Positions 9,877 through 20,438 of a stretch of 64,000 bases of DNA are shown piece after piece (position 1 is the first letter of the stretch; every line of letters starts with the position of its first letter). Position numbers and translations under genes: made by a program. The notes beneath the pieces were generated by a model. The model saw only the letters and a list, made by a program, of their open reading frames with translations. It did not search any database and was not told the DNA's origin. Source of the DNA: an uncultured Actinomycetota bacterium (lineage in GTDB: Bacteria > Actinomycetota > Actinomycetes > Mycobacteriales > Mycobacteriaceae); contig CAWBRR010000014.1 of the NCBI GenBank assembly GCA_963791215.1, positions 502 through 64,501 of the forward strand. The letters are read 5' to 3'.

Positions 9877-10299
9877 TGGGTGTGGTCGGAGAGATTGCAC
9901 CGCTTGGCCTTGAGAATTACGGCTCTCAGGCACTGCAGTGGCGAACCACACCTCTGGTCATGATCTCGTTCGACTTCCGCCGCGGTTTGCGTATCCGGTG
10001 TGTGGAGCCGCGGCCGGTGTTGGCTGCGGTGCCGGTAGTCGACGACTACCGTGACCTCTGAAAAGCCAAGGTGACCGAGAGGTGTTTCCGGGACGGCCCG
10101 TGTAGAAGCGGCTGAGCAACGCTGGGATCAGCGCCAATTCCGAGCCTCCCGCAGCGAACTTGAAGTGCCGGAACGGCTCGTTCGCTTGCGCTCAACTGGA
10201 CGAAGCGACCCTGCTCCTCGATCGCTGCACACGAGTGGACCGTTAGGGTGGTTAGTGTGCGGGAGGGATTGCAACAGGATCTCCGCAGTCTTACGGCCG

Positions 10300-10513
10300 C
10301 GCCCATAGAGCCTTTTGGTTTCGTGGGTTCGTCCGGCGCGTCGATGTCCTCGGATGTCAGCGCCCGGCCCGACATTCCGACGTATATCAGGCGGCCGTCC
10401 TCCCAGACGGTGTAGACACCGGCGGCGACTTTCGGCACCGATTGGTTGGGCCAGTCCGAAAAGCGTTGACACGGGCCAGCTTCTAGCGCTTGTAATAGTT
10501 GCTCGTCAGACAT
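10300..10513 (-). pseudogene. Truncated GIY-YIG nuclease-family gene
   Basis: MSDEQLLQALEAG...AAGVYTVWEDGRLIYVGMSGR (GVY-IYVG). Coding character is lost after about 10300. Confidence 0.6.
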
Positions 10514-10617
10514 TAGACGCCCCGGTCCCAGTTTCTCGGGCGCGACCCACAGCGCCCCAACGGACAGACGCTCAATCAAGAGCACGCTTGAGCGTCCCCG
10601 ACCGATCCGAAGGCGAC

Positions 10618-10911
10618 TCACTGGTCTGCACCATAACGGATCTTCAGGGCATCAAGGATCCTTGTTGCCTCATCAATGCGGTCATACATCAACGCAATTC
10701 GCTGCTCGCGGGCATCGGCGGCGCGGGACCGCTTTCGGCGGGGACACTCCGCTTCGGCGACGGCGGCAGCCGCACGCATCGAGTTGATTTCACTACCGAG
10801 TAGCTCAGCGAAAAGCCGTGCCTGCTCGCGCTCACAGGGATCTACCGCCGGACATGCCCGACCGCCGGTCGATACTGCATCGCAGTCTCTACCGTCGTCG
10901 ACGCTCACCAC
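10618..10911 (-). CDS. Small hypothetical helical protein
   Basis: Starts 3 nt after the DUF3349 stop; amphipathic helices (IALMYDRIDEATRILDALKIRY). Confidence 0.5.
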   Translation of the reverse strand: MVSVDDGRDCDAVSTGGRACPAVDPCEREQARLFAELLGSEINSMRAAAAVAEAECPRRKRSRAADAREQRIALMYDRIDEATRILDALKIRYGADQ

Positions 10912-10914
10912 GGA

Positions 10915-11229
10915 TCACGCTCGGCCGGGAAGGTCCAACGGCTCGCTGACGGGCCACCCCGCGCCGATCAGAAGCTGCTTCACACGGTCGGTGTCGGCGG
11001 CAGAAGGCATCTCGTCCGTCAGCTTGGTGATCGCCACTCTGATGTCGATCCCGTCGACCGGCAGCTCACCCGTCGCGGCTAACTCCTCAGCGAGGGTCAC
11101 GACTTCTTCGTCGGACAGCCTGCGTCGCAACAGCGCAAACAGCGGCACTTGATCGGCGTACGGCACACCGTCGGGGTAGCCCACCCGCAGAAAGCCGAGC
11201 ACCCTGACGAGACCGTCCGACAAAGCCAC
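10915..11229 (-). CDS. DUF3349 domain protein (Rv0543c-like)
   Basis: LGFLRVGYPDGVPYADQVPLFALLRRRLSDEEV...DIRVAITKLTDEMPS...LIGAGWP. Confidence 0.88.
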   Translation of the reverse strand: MALSDGLVRVLGFLRVGYPDGVPYADQVPLFALLRRRLSDEEVVTLAEELAATGELPVDGIDIRVAITKLTDEMPSAADTDRVKQLLIGAGWPVSEPLDLPGRA

Positions 11230-11292
11230 AGGGTTCAACGTAAGGTCGCCCGCTTTTCGATACAAGCGCGCGACCGTAGCTATTAAGGGCGA

Positions 11293-11314
11293 GTTCACGA
11301 ATCGTTCACCACGC
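11293..11314 (+). promoter_or_regulatory. PHO-box-like direct repeat upstream of phoU
   Basis: GTTCACGAATC-GTTCACCACGC: two GTTCAC at 11293 and 11304 (11-bp period). Confidence 0.7.
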
Positions 11315-11357
11315 CCTACTCGGTGCGCGAGCAGCTGACGAGCCTAGGGTGGGAACT

Positions 11358-12011
11358 ATGCGCACCGCCTTCCACGACAAGCTCGACGGGCTCATCGTGG
11401 TGGTCGGTGATATGTGTGGCTTGGCGGGCGAGGCAATGGCCAAGGCGACACAGGCGTTGCTGCAAGCCGATCTCGTTCTCGCAGAACAAGTCATCACCGA
11501 CCATGACCAACTGGCGCGAATGAAGGCCGGGGTAGAGGAATCGGCATTCGTGCTGTTGGCGCTTCAAGCACCGGTTGCAGGTGACCTGCGCGCGGTGGTC
11601 AGCTCGATGCAGAACGTGGCCAACGCCGAGCGCATGGGTGGATTGGCGCTGCACGTCGGCAAGATCGCCCGACGTCGCCATCCGAGCCACGCGCTGCCCG
11701 AAGAAGTGAACGGCTACTTCGCAGAGATGGGTACGGTCGCCGTCGACCTAGGAAACGACGCGAAGGAAGCCGTGCTGTCGAACGACGTGGACCGAGCAGC
11801 CCAGATCGAGCGTGACGACGACGCAATGGACGGCCTGCACCGGCACCTGTTTACCGTGCTCATGGATGAGGAGTGGAAGCACGGCGTCGCGGCGGCTGTC
11901 GACGTGACGCTGCTCGGCCGCTTCTATGAGCGCTTCGCCGACCACGCCGTCGAGATTGGCCGCCGCGTTATCTTCCAGGCAACAGGCCAGCAGTCACCCT
12001 CAAACGTGTAA
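11358..12011 (+). CDS. phoU: Phosphate signalling complex protein PhoU (PhoY-type)
   Basis: [56 protein letters not shown]. Confidence 0.95.
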   Translation: MRTAFHDKLDGLIVVVGDMCGLAGEAMAKATQALLQADLVLAEQVITDHDQLARMKAGVEESAFVLLALQAPVAGDLRAVVSSMQNVANAERMGGLALHVGKIARRRHPSHALPEEVNGYFAEMGTVAVDLGNDAKEAVLSNDVDRAAQIERDDDAMDGLHRHLFTVLMDEEWKHGVAAAVDVTLLGRFYERFADHAVEIGRRVIFQATGQQSPSNV

Positions 12012-12215
12012 GACGCGCTCGCTCCACCCGACGGGGTTGCCACAGGCCGACCTGTGTATCTCACAAGAATTGCCGACGGCGCCGACGAGGCTAGGAGCCG
12101 CGCACCAGGGTCACGACGTGACCGCAGTAGCCCAGCATCCGGTAGTTGGCCCCCATGCGCTGCTCTCGTACCGGGCGATCCGCATCGCACTGAGGGCATC
12201 GCATGGTGGTGGGCT

Positions 12216-12344
12216 AATCGCCTGGAGAAGTTGGCCGGCGATCGGGCGGGTCAGTACAGCGTCCGCGTGAACGACCAATGGCGCGTCTGCTTCACGTGGA
12301 GCGCCGGCGGTGCCTCGGATGTCGAACTCGTTGACTACCAATAG
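12216..12344 (+). pseudogene. higB: C-terminal remnant of HigB (RelE-family) toxin
   Basis: [28 protein letters not shown]...VELVDY; N-terminal half missing. Confidence 0.85.
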
Positions 12345-12357
12345 AAAGGAGACGCTC

Positions 12358-12495
12358 ATGGCGGACTTCGCTCCCACCCATCCTTGCGAGATTCTCATGA
12401 CGGAGTTCCTCGAGCCGATGGGCATCACGCAGTACCGGATCGCCAAGGCGATCGACGTACCTGCTCGTCGCATCAACGAGATCGTCCACGGCAAG
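12358..12495 (+). pseudogene. higA: N-terminal remnant of HigA (XRE-HTH) antitoxin
   Basis: [51 protein letters not shown], then similarity stops. Confidence 0.85.
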
Positions 12496-12559
12496 CCTCC
12501 ACTTCTGTCTTCACCCTCCGCCTGGAGTTTCTTGCGAAAGCCCGCTGCTCTGAACTGGC

Positions 12560-13060
12560 TCAGTCAGAATCCGCTCCGGTGAGCAGCCGATCGACGAGCG
12601 GACTGAGCCGAAAATTCATCAGATCACGCATCACCAGCGCAGTGTTGGTGCGCTTGACTCCTCGGATTCCGAGAATCTGCCCGGCCACCCGGTACAGATC
12701 ATCAACGTCGCGCGCAGCCACTTGAATCAGCAGATCGGTCACCCCGCTAAGCCCCTGCACCTCAACGACTTCCGGAATACCCTGTAGCGCCGCTGCGACT
12801 TCGGCGAGCAACAGTTGTTTGACGCTGGTCAACACAAACGCGCGCAGAGGGTAGCCAAGGAAGCCGGGGGTTATGGTGCGCTCAAATGATTCGAGCGCAC
12901 CAGCATCATCCCACCGCGCCAGCCGCGCCCGCACAGTGTTGCGCGAGACGCCGATCTGCTCGGCGAGTGCGCCGATTGCTGCCCGTGGGTCAGCAGTAAG
13001 CGCCTGCAGCAGTTTCGCATCGATCGTGTCGGCGGTGCGTTTGCTTGACAAAATGATCAC
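12560..13060 (-). CDS. Lrp/AsnC family transcriptional regulator
   Basis: [16 protein letters not shown]...[19 protein letters not shown] plus RAM domain ([20 protein letters not shown]). Divergent from the E1 gene. Confidence 0.92.
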   Translation of the reverse strand: MIILSSKRTADTIDAKLLQALTADPRAAIGALAEQIGVSRNTVRARLARWDDAGALESFERTITPGFLGYPLRAFVLTSVKQLLLAEVAAALQGIPEVVEVQGLSGVTDLLIQVAARDVDDLYRVAGQILGIRGVKRTNTALVMRDLMNFRLSPLVDRLLTGADSD

Positions 13061-13200
13061 CTCGAATCAGCGGGTTGGACGGACCGGTGTGCATTTCGAT
13101 CAGATTCTAGGCACACATTTGCCGATATTCACCGCCAATGCTCGAATGGTGTGACGATTCGCTCAATACTGCAATCCGCGCCTGAGTATGGGAATTGATC

Positions 13201-15549
13201 ATGACCGCCGCCACACCCCCAGCTAGCATCTGCAGCGATCCGACCGACACGCTGCGCGAGATTGAGCAGCGGGTGCTTTGGCTGTCGACGGCGATTGTTC
13301 ATCACGCCAACCGGATTCGGCCCAATCCGTCCGGCTTGAAGGTCGGCGGGCATCAGGCGTCAAGTGCTTCGATGGCCTCGATCATGACCTCGCTGTGGTT
13401 CCAACAGTTGCAGTCCGGTGACCGGGTGTCGGTAAAGCCCCACGCTTCGCCGGTGCTGCACGCCATCAACTACCTGTTGGGGCAGCTCGACGAGAAGTAC
13501 CTGACATCGCTCCGCGAGTTCGGGGGATTGCAGTCCTATCCCAGCCGATCCAAGGACCCCGACCCTGTCGACTACTCCACGGGCTCCGTGGGAATCGGTG
13601 CCACAGCACCGATTTGGGGCACCATAGCCCGCCGGTACGTCAACTCAGCGATTACAGACACCGGTAGGGGACGGCAGTACTCGCTGGTCGGCGACGCCGA
13701 GCTCGACGAGGGCGCGGTGTGGGAGGCGGTGCTCGACTCCTCGGTTGGCGAACTGGGCGAGATCGTGTGGATCATCGACCTCAACCGGCAGTCGCTGGAT
13801 CGAGTGGTTCCCAACATCACCGCCGGCCGCCTCGAGAAGATGTTCGCCGCGGCCGGATGGCAGGTCATTACAGTCAACTTCGGCAAGCTGCTCGAGGAGT
13901 TGTTCACCCGCCCGGGCGGCGAGGCGCTGCGCATTCGCATCTTGCAGATGTCCAACCCCGAATACCAGCGGCTGCTCCGTTGCAGCGCAAGCGAACTAAG
14001 AACCCGCCTGCCCGGAGCCGGTGACACGGCAACCGCCATCACGAGCTGGTCGGCGAGCTGGACGACCGCACGCTGCTACGCGCCATACGGAACCTCGGCG
14101 GCCACGATCTCGAGGCGTTGCGCGCAGCCTATGAGCAGATCGACGACTCACGGCCCACCGTCATCATCGCCTACACCATCAAGGGTTATGGCCTACCCAC
14201 CGAAGGCCATCCGCAGAACCACTCCGCACTGCTGACCGTCGAGCAGTTCGACGAGTTGGCCGCCACGTTGGGCACGGACACTCGTCAGCCGTGGGCTCGA
14301 TTCGACGCCGAGACTCCTGCTGGACGGCTGTGCACGCAGACCGCCGCGCGGCTACACCGACACGACTACCCTTATGCTGCACCGCCACCGGTTCCGACCG
14401 ATATCGGGCGCACCCCATCCGGCACAACGACCACGCAGGCCGCGCTCGGCCGCGCTTTGCTGGATCTGACCCGTGAGGCGCCCGAGGCGGCGAGACGTGT
14501 CGTCACCGTCAGTCCCGACGTCAGCTCGTCGACAAACCTCGCCGGTTGGCTCAACAAGGTGGGTGTCTGGTCGCCGAACGAACGTCAAGATTGGTTCGCC
14601 GACGATGCTGAAACGATCATGCACTGGCGGGAGAGGCCGACCGGCCAGCACATGGAGCTCGGTATCGCCGAGGTAAACCTCGTCGGTCTGATGGGAGAGC
14701 TCGGTGCTACCTGGAGCCGGTGGGGGCAGCCGTTGTTCCCGATCGGGGTGCTCTACGACCCGTTCGTGGAGCGCGCCCTGGAGCCGTGGTCCTACGGGAT
14801 CTATGCGGGCGGACAATCAATTCTGGTCGGCACGCCCGCAGGTGTCAGCCTCGCCTCCGAAGGCGGGGCGCATCAGTCCATCAAAACACCGTCGATTGGA
14901 CTCGAACAGCCGGGCTGCGTGAGCTACGAGCCAGCGTTTGCCATCGAGGTGGAATGGACACTGTTCGAAAGCATTTCGCGCTTGGGTCGCCCAGACGGCA
15001 GTTCGTCATACCTGCGGCTGTCCACCCGGCCCGTCGACCAATCCCTCGCAGCAGTGCCCACCGATCCGGCGGCCCGCGAGCGCCGCCGACGCCAGGTGCT
15101 CGCCGGTGCCTACGTGCTGCGCGGTGTCCAACGGCCAGCGGTAACGCTCGTGGGAATGGGGGCCATGATCACCGAGACCCTGCAGGCCGCGGATCGACTG
15201 GCGCAGATGGGACATTCACTCTGAGGTCGTGTGCGTGACCAGCCCAGGCCGACTGTTCGAAGCGTTGCAGGCCCGCCGCGGCCGCTCCAAAGCGCCAAGC
15301 GCGATCCTTGACCAGGTACTGCCGGCCGAGCGGTCAGCGCCAATGGTGACCGTACTCGATGGGCACCCGCACACGTTGGCGTTTCTGCCCACGATCAACC
15401 GTGTGCCCGCAATTGCGTTGGGAGTCACCGAGTTCGGACAAGCTGGCGCGCCAGAAGACGTCTACCGATACCACGGCATCGACACCGATTCGATCGTCCG
15501 CGCAGCACTCGATCTCTCCCCATGGCAGAACAGCGCCCATCGCACATGA
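13201..15549 (+). CDS. Transketolase-like TPP enzyme, AceE-type 2-oxoacid (pyruvate) dehydrogenase E1; frameshifts near 14042 and 15212
   Basis: KVGGHQASSAS, KPHASP, YSTGSVGIG, GDAELDEG (TPP motif), AYTIKGYG, LGIAEVN, EGGAHQS, LGVTEFGQAG across three abutting ORFs. Confidence 0.9.
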
Positions 15550-15842
15550 CCACACCAGCGGACCGGTTCTCCTGCCCGCTCTGGGGGTAAACGTCCCCGA
15601 GGCCACCATCGCACGGTGGCCCGCTCGCAGGCCGTGACCTTCTCGTCGGCGAGTAAGGAGAGGTCCCGCCAGGACGAATTTGGCCGCGGGGGATACCTGG
15701 GATTGCCTGTGAACTCGCTTCACCGCTACCAAGACAGCCACGTGGCCGAGGTAGCGTTTGTAGAGGTCTTCGATAGCCGACCGCGACGGCTCACGCATTC
15801 AGCGGTGATGCGACCTTCGACGGCGAGCAAAGGAGCGGCAGG

Positions 15843-16313
15843 ATGAATCTCGGTCCATGGGGTTACCTCACGATACTTGCTGCAGTGCTGGAATTATTCT
15901 TCGCCGCTTGCGTATTCGTCTACATGGGTCGGTTGGAGAATCGAACGCCCGCTCCATTGGGCGAAGAAGTTGGTGCCCACAAAGCGGTGCTAGCTAAGTT
16001 GCGTAAGCGCGAATCGATGTCGCAGGATGAAATGGACTATGCGGCCGAACTGATTTCGGACGCCCGATCACCGCTCGCGTACGCGATACCCGCCGCCCTC
16101 TTCACCATGGGCTTCTTTTACGTAGTTGGCTGTCTCTACATGCTGCACAGAGATGGCGGCGACCCCTCCTTTCGAACGTTCATCGGGGGGATCCCCATGT
16201 TGACCTCCATGAACATGGCCGCTCAGCTGCGCAGGGTCGCAGGGTTGAAGGGGCGTTTGCAGGAGACTTCCTTGGCGGTGCCCGAGTCAGCCGATGGGCT
16301 CGTCACCGCCTAG
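15843..16313 (+). CDS. Hypothetical membrane protein
   Basis: AAAGGAG RBS; two to three hydrophobic helices. Confidence 0.7.
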   Translation: MNLGPWGYLTILAAVLELFFAACVFVYMGRLENRTPAPLGEEVGAHKAVLAKLRKRESMSQDEMDYAAELISDARSPLAYAIPAALFTMGFFYVVGCLYMLHRDGGDPSFRTFIGGIPMLTSMNMAAQLRRVAGLKGRLQETSLAVPESADGLVTA

Positions 16314-16347
16314 CCACCGTGACCGCGGCCAACCAACTGCTCGACCG

Positions 16348-19237
16348 TCAAGGTCGAGGTAGCTCGGAGGTGACCGCCGGGTCCTCGGCTTCCCCCGGAC
16401 TTGGTTGACGGTCCGCTTGGCGTGATCCCTCGGGCGGAAGCATGGGACCCGCGTGGGTGCGCACCCGCAGCGGCCACCAGAACCAGCGGCCCAGCAGCGC
16501 CGCGATGGACGGCGTCATGAACGACCGCACGATCAGCGTGTCGAACAGCAGACCGAGGGCGATGGTGGTCCCGATCTGGCCGAGAATCCGCAAATCGGCG
16601 AACACGAACGAGGCCATGGTGGCCGCGAACACCAGACCGGCCGCGGTTACCACCGCGCCGGAGCCGGCCATCGCGCGGATGATGCCGGTGTTCAAGCCGG
16701 CGCCGATCTCCTCCTTGAACCGAGAGATCAGCAACAGGTTGTAGTCCGACCCCACGGCCAGCAGCAAGATGACGGCCAGCGCCAGCACGATCCAGTACAA
16801 GTCGATGCCGAGGAGGTCCTGCCAAATCAGGACGGAAAGCCCGAAGGAGGCGCCCAATGACAGCGCCACGGTGCCGACGATGACGATCGCGGCTACCAGC
16901 GAACGGGTAATGAACATCATGATCAGCAAGATCAGGCTCAGCGCGGCGATGGCAGCGATCAGGAGGTCGTACTTGGCGCCGTCCTGGATGTCCTTGTACG
17001 TGGCCGCGGTACCCGCGAGGTAGATCTTGGATCCCGCCAACGGGGTGCCCTTGACGGCCTCCTGCGCTGCGTGTCTGATGGCGTCGATGTGCGCAATGCC
17101 CTCCGGCGTGGCGGGGTCCACGTCGTGGGTGATGATCATGCGCGCGGCGCGGCCGTCCGGTGACAGGAACAGCTTGAGCCCGCGTAGGAATTCGGGATTG
17201 GTGAAGGCCTCGGGCGGTAGGTAGAAGGAGTCATCGGTCTTCGACGCGTCGTATGCCTGGCCCAGGGCGGTGGCGTTCTGCAGTGCCGCCGCGGTTTGGG
17301 CGTAGATGCCCGAGGTGGTGGCGAAGTTCGTCATCGCCAGGTCGCGGTTGGTCTCCTGGATTGCGATCTGCGGCGGAAGCAGGGCGAGCAGCTTCGGCTG
17401 CAGCGCATCCAACTTGGCGATGCTCGCCGAGACGTCGGCCAGTTGGTCGGTCAGCGCGTCGATGCCGTCCAACGCATCGAAGAGCGACCGAAACGCCCAG
17501 CAGACCGGGATGTCGAAACAGTGTGGCTCCCAATAGAAGTAGTTGCGCAGCGGCCGGAAGAAGTCGTCGAAGGTGGCGATCTTGTCGCGCAGATCCTGGG
17601 CCGTGGCGACCGTCTGCTGGAATGCCTTGGTCTGCTCGTCGGTGACGGCGCTGGACTGTTGTTGAAGCGCCAACTGCTGCCGCAGGATGTCGACGGACTT
17701 GTCGATGACGTCGACCTGCTTGAGCAGATCGACGGCGCGGGCCTGCTGAAAGGGCAGGTTCTGGATCTGCGCCGAACTCCCCGCGCTGATCTGGAACGGG
17801 ATCGACGAGTGGTCCAGCGGCGTGCCCAGCGGCCGCGTGATCGACTGAACCTGGGCGATGCCGTCGGTGTGGAAGACGGCCTTGGCGACCCGTTCGAGCA
17901 GAATCATGTCGGTGGGATTGCGCAGATCGTGGTCGGCTTCGATCATCAGCAGTTCGGGATTGAGCCGGGCCTGGGAGAAGTGTCGCTCGGCCGCCGCGTA
18001 GCCGATGTTGGCCGGGGCACGTGGCAGGTATGTAGGAGCGGGCGTCGTAGCTCGTCTTGTATCCCGGAAGCGCGAGCAGACCGATGAGGGCCACGCCGAT
18101 CGTCACCACCAGGATGGGCCCGGGCCAGCGCACGATGGCCGTCCCAATGCGCCGCCAGCCCCTGGTGCGCATCGGGCGAGCGGGCTCGAACAGACCGAAA
18201 TGGCGCCCGATGCTCAGCACCGCCGGCGCCAGGGTCAGCGCCGCAACAACTGCGACGAGGACGCCGATCCCAGCGGGAACGCCAAGGCTGTTGAAATACG
18301 GGAGCCGGGTGAAGGTCAGACAGAGCACCGCACCGGCAATCGTCAGGCCCGAACCCAGGATGATGTGCGCGGTCCCTCCGTACATCGTCTCGAAGGCCGA
18401 TACCCGATCCTGTCCGGTCTGGCGCGCTTCGTGGTAGCGGCCCAGGATGAAGATCGCATAATCGGTTCCGGCCGCGATGACCAGCAACGTCAGCAAGTTG
18501 GTCGAGTACGTGGACAGCTCGATGATTCCCGCGTTCGCCAGCACGGCAACGACTCCGCGGGACGCGGTCAACTCGATCATCACCGTGAAGATCACGAGAA
18601 TCACCGTGGTGACACGACGGTAGAGCGAGAACAACATCAACGCGATCACCCCGATGGTGATCAGGGTGGTCTTCAGGGTGCCGTGCCTGCCCACCTCGAA
18701 CTGATCGGTGACCAGGGGCGCGGCGCCGGTGACGTAGGCCTTCACCCCCGGCGGCGGCGGCGTCTGGTTCACGATATTGCGTATCGAGTCGACCGACTGA
18801 TTGGACAGTGACGTGCCCTGGTTGCCGGCCAGATACACCTGCACCAACGCGGCCTTGCCGTCGGTGCTCTGGGAGCCGGCCGCCGTCAGCGGATCCCCCC
18901 AGAAGTCCTGAATGTGCTGCACGTGCTTCGTGTCCTGGGTGAGCTTCTGGACCAGGCCGTCGTAGTAGTGGTGCGCGTCGGCACCGAGCGGCTGGTCGCC
19001 CTCCAGCACGATCATCGCCGCGCTGTCCGAATCGAACTCCTGAAACACCTTGCCGATGCGTTTACTGGCCTGCAGCGACGGCGCATCCTGGGGACTCAGC
19101 GACACGTTGTGGGATTCGGCAACCTTCTCCAATTGCGGCACGAAGACATTGGTGACCACCGCCAACCCCAGCCAGAACAACGCGATCAGCACTGAAAGCC
19201 GTCGGATCGTGGGCGCGGCCCGGTCGGTGAGCGTCAT
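16348..19237 (-). CDS. MmpL family RND transporter; frameshift near 18020
   Basis: [53 protein letters not shown]. The two ORFs join at YIPA/APANIGY. No mmpS seen adjacent. Confidence 0.93.
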
Positions 19238-19557
19238 GCGTTCGGCCTGGTGAGTGCTCAGGCGCCTACCCATCGAAAACCGCGGCATCCGTGACCCTTT
19301 CGATGAGCGGCGACATGGTGACGGTAGGAGAACTCCTCGACAGACGGTCCTATATCAATGAGGTTGACAGTACGATACGGGACCGGACACCACAACGAAT
19401 ACCTCCGGGGCGAACGGCGGCACGCGCGAACACCCACGGGATGGCCCGTGGGGAACCGCGGGCGGCGACGTCCGATGGTTAAGAAACAATGGGCACACCA
19501 TGAGGGATTTCTCATAGTCGCGCTGCGAGGCGCCGCCGCGGGAGTTACGGTACGGCC

Positions 19558-19809
19558 GTGACGATTATTGACGACGCAGCGGCCGGAATGGCCGCCGACG
19601 CCATGCAGGCGGCGCAGTTCCGCGTGTCACTCGTTGCCGAACGCGAACAGCTGCTCCAGTCGATCGTCAAGCGCCGGGCGATCATCGACCGCCGTGCCAA
19701 CGCCAACCACATGCGTTCTCAGGTGCGCAGCGCCGAGGCCGAGGTGCGACAGCTCAACCGACTGATCGACCGGCTCGATCGTCGCTTCTCTGCTCAGTGG
19801 GGCAGTTAG
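19558..19809 (+). CDS. Small coiled-coil hypothetical protein
   Basis: 83 aa, GC3-rich codons, EAEVRQLNRLIDRLDRRF. Confidence 0.6.
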   Translation: MTIIDDAAAGMAADAMQAAQFRVSLVAEREQLLQSIVKRRAIIDRRANANHMRSQVRSAEAEVRQLNRLIDRLDRRFSAQWGS

Positions 19810-20021
19810 CTCTGCAGGCTGGCGAGTTCGGCCCGCGCGAGGCGTTCGACGAAGAGCGGCACGAAGTCTCGGATGCGCCGTCCGTCGAACCGGGCATGGT
19901 GGCGATGTACCACCACGGTGACGGTGTCCGGAGCCACCGTCGGAAAGCTGTCCTTCAGCTGGTCGACGACCTGTTTGATCGCCGTCCATTCGTTCGAACT
20001 GATCGCCGCCCCCACCACCAT
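19806..20021 (-). CDS. Stand-alone three-helix-bundle domain protein (as at the N-terminus of actinobacterial ArsC/LMW-PTPs)
   Basis: VVDQLKDSFPTV...HARFDGRRIRDFVPLFVERLARAEL. Confidence 0.75.
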   Translation of the reverse strand: MVVGAAISSNEWTAIKQVVDQLKDSFPTVAPDTVTVVVHRHHARFDGRRIRDFVPLFVERLARAELASLQS

Positions 20022-20042
20022 CGACGAATGGTCGCACCGCGT

Positions 20043-20270
20043 TCACTCAGTCGTCAACCGGTGGCCATGTTCGCGCTCGAATGCGTCGTAGGCGATCGCG
20101 ATCTCGTCGGCCGTCGCGTCGGGATGCGCACGTGCCACCGAATCGATCGCCGTCCACGTCTGAGCACCCAAAGTTGCTCTGACAGAGGGCAATTGGCCGC
20201 CGACGATCGCCAGGTTCAGCATGCTCTGAAAGACCCAGCGCGGGTCCTCCGATGGCGTTTCGGACGGCAC
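20043..20270 (-). CDS. Small hypothetical protein
   Basis: 75 aa co-oriented with the downstream three-helix gene; plausible codon usage. Confidence 0.55.
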   Translation of the reverse strand: MPSETPSEDPRWVFQSMLNLAIVGGQLPSVRATLGAQTWTAIDSVARAHPDATADEIAIAYDAFEREHGHRLTTE

Positions 20271-20438
20271 GCACCAAGTTTAGGCAGGGATCGGCGACCC
20301 GCCGCTCACTTCGCGAGCGCGGATGCGAGGCGGCGAAGGGAATTCGGGGTGCTCGAGCGCGTCGGTCGACGTTTGCCGCAGATTTGGCCGCGGCGGTACC
20401 CTCGGTGTCCAACTCTTGGCAGATCGGGGGCGAGGCAA

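Noticed and set aside
19258..19515. mmpS partner upstream of mmpL
   Set aside because: The translation lacks the MmpS TM helix and Cys-containing domain.
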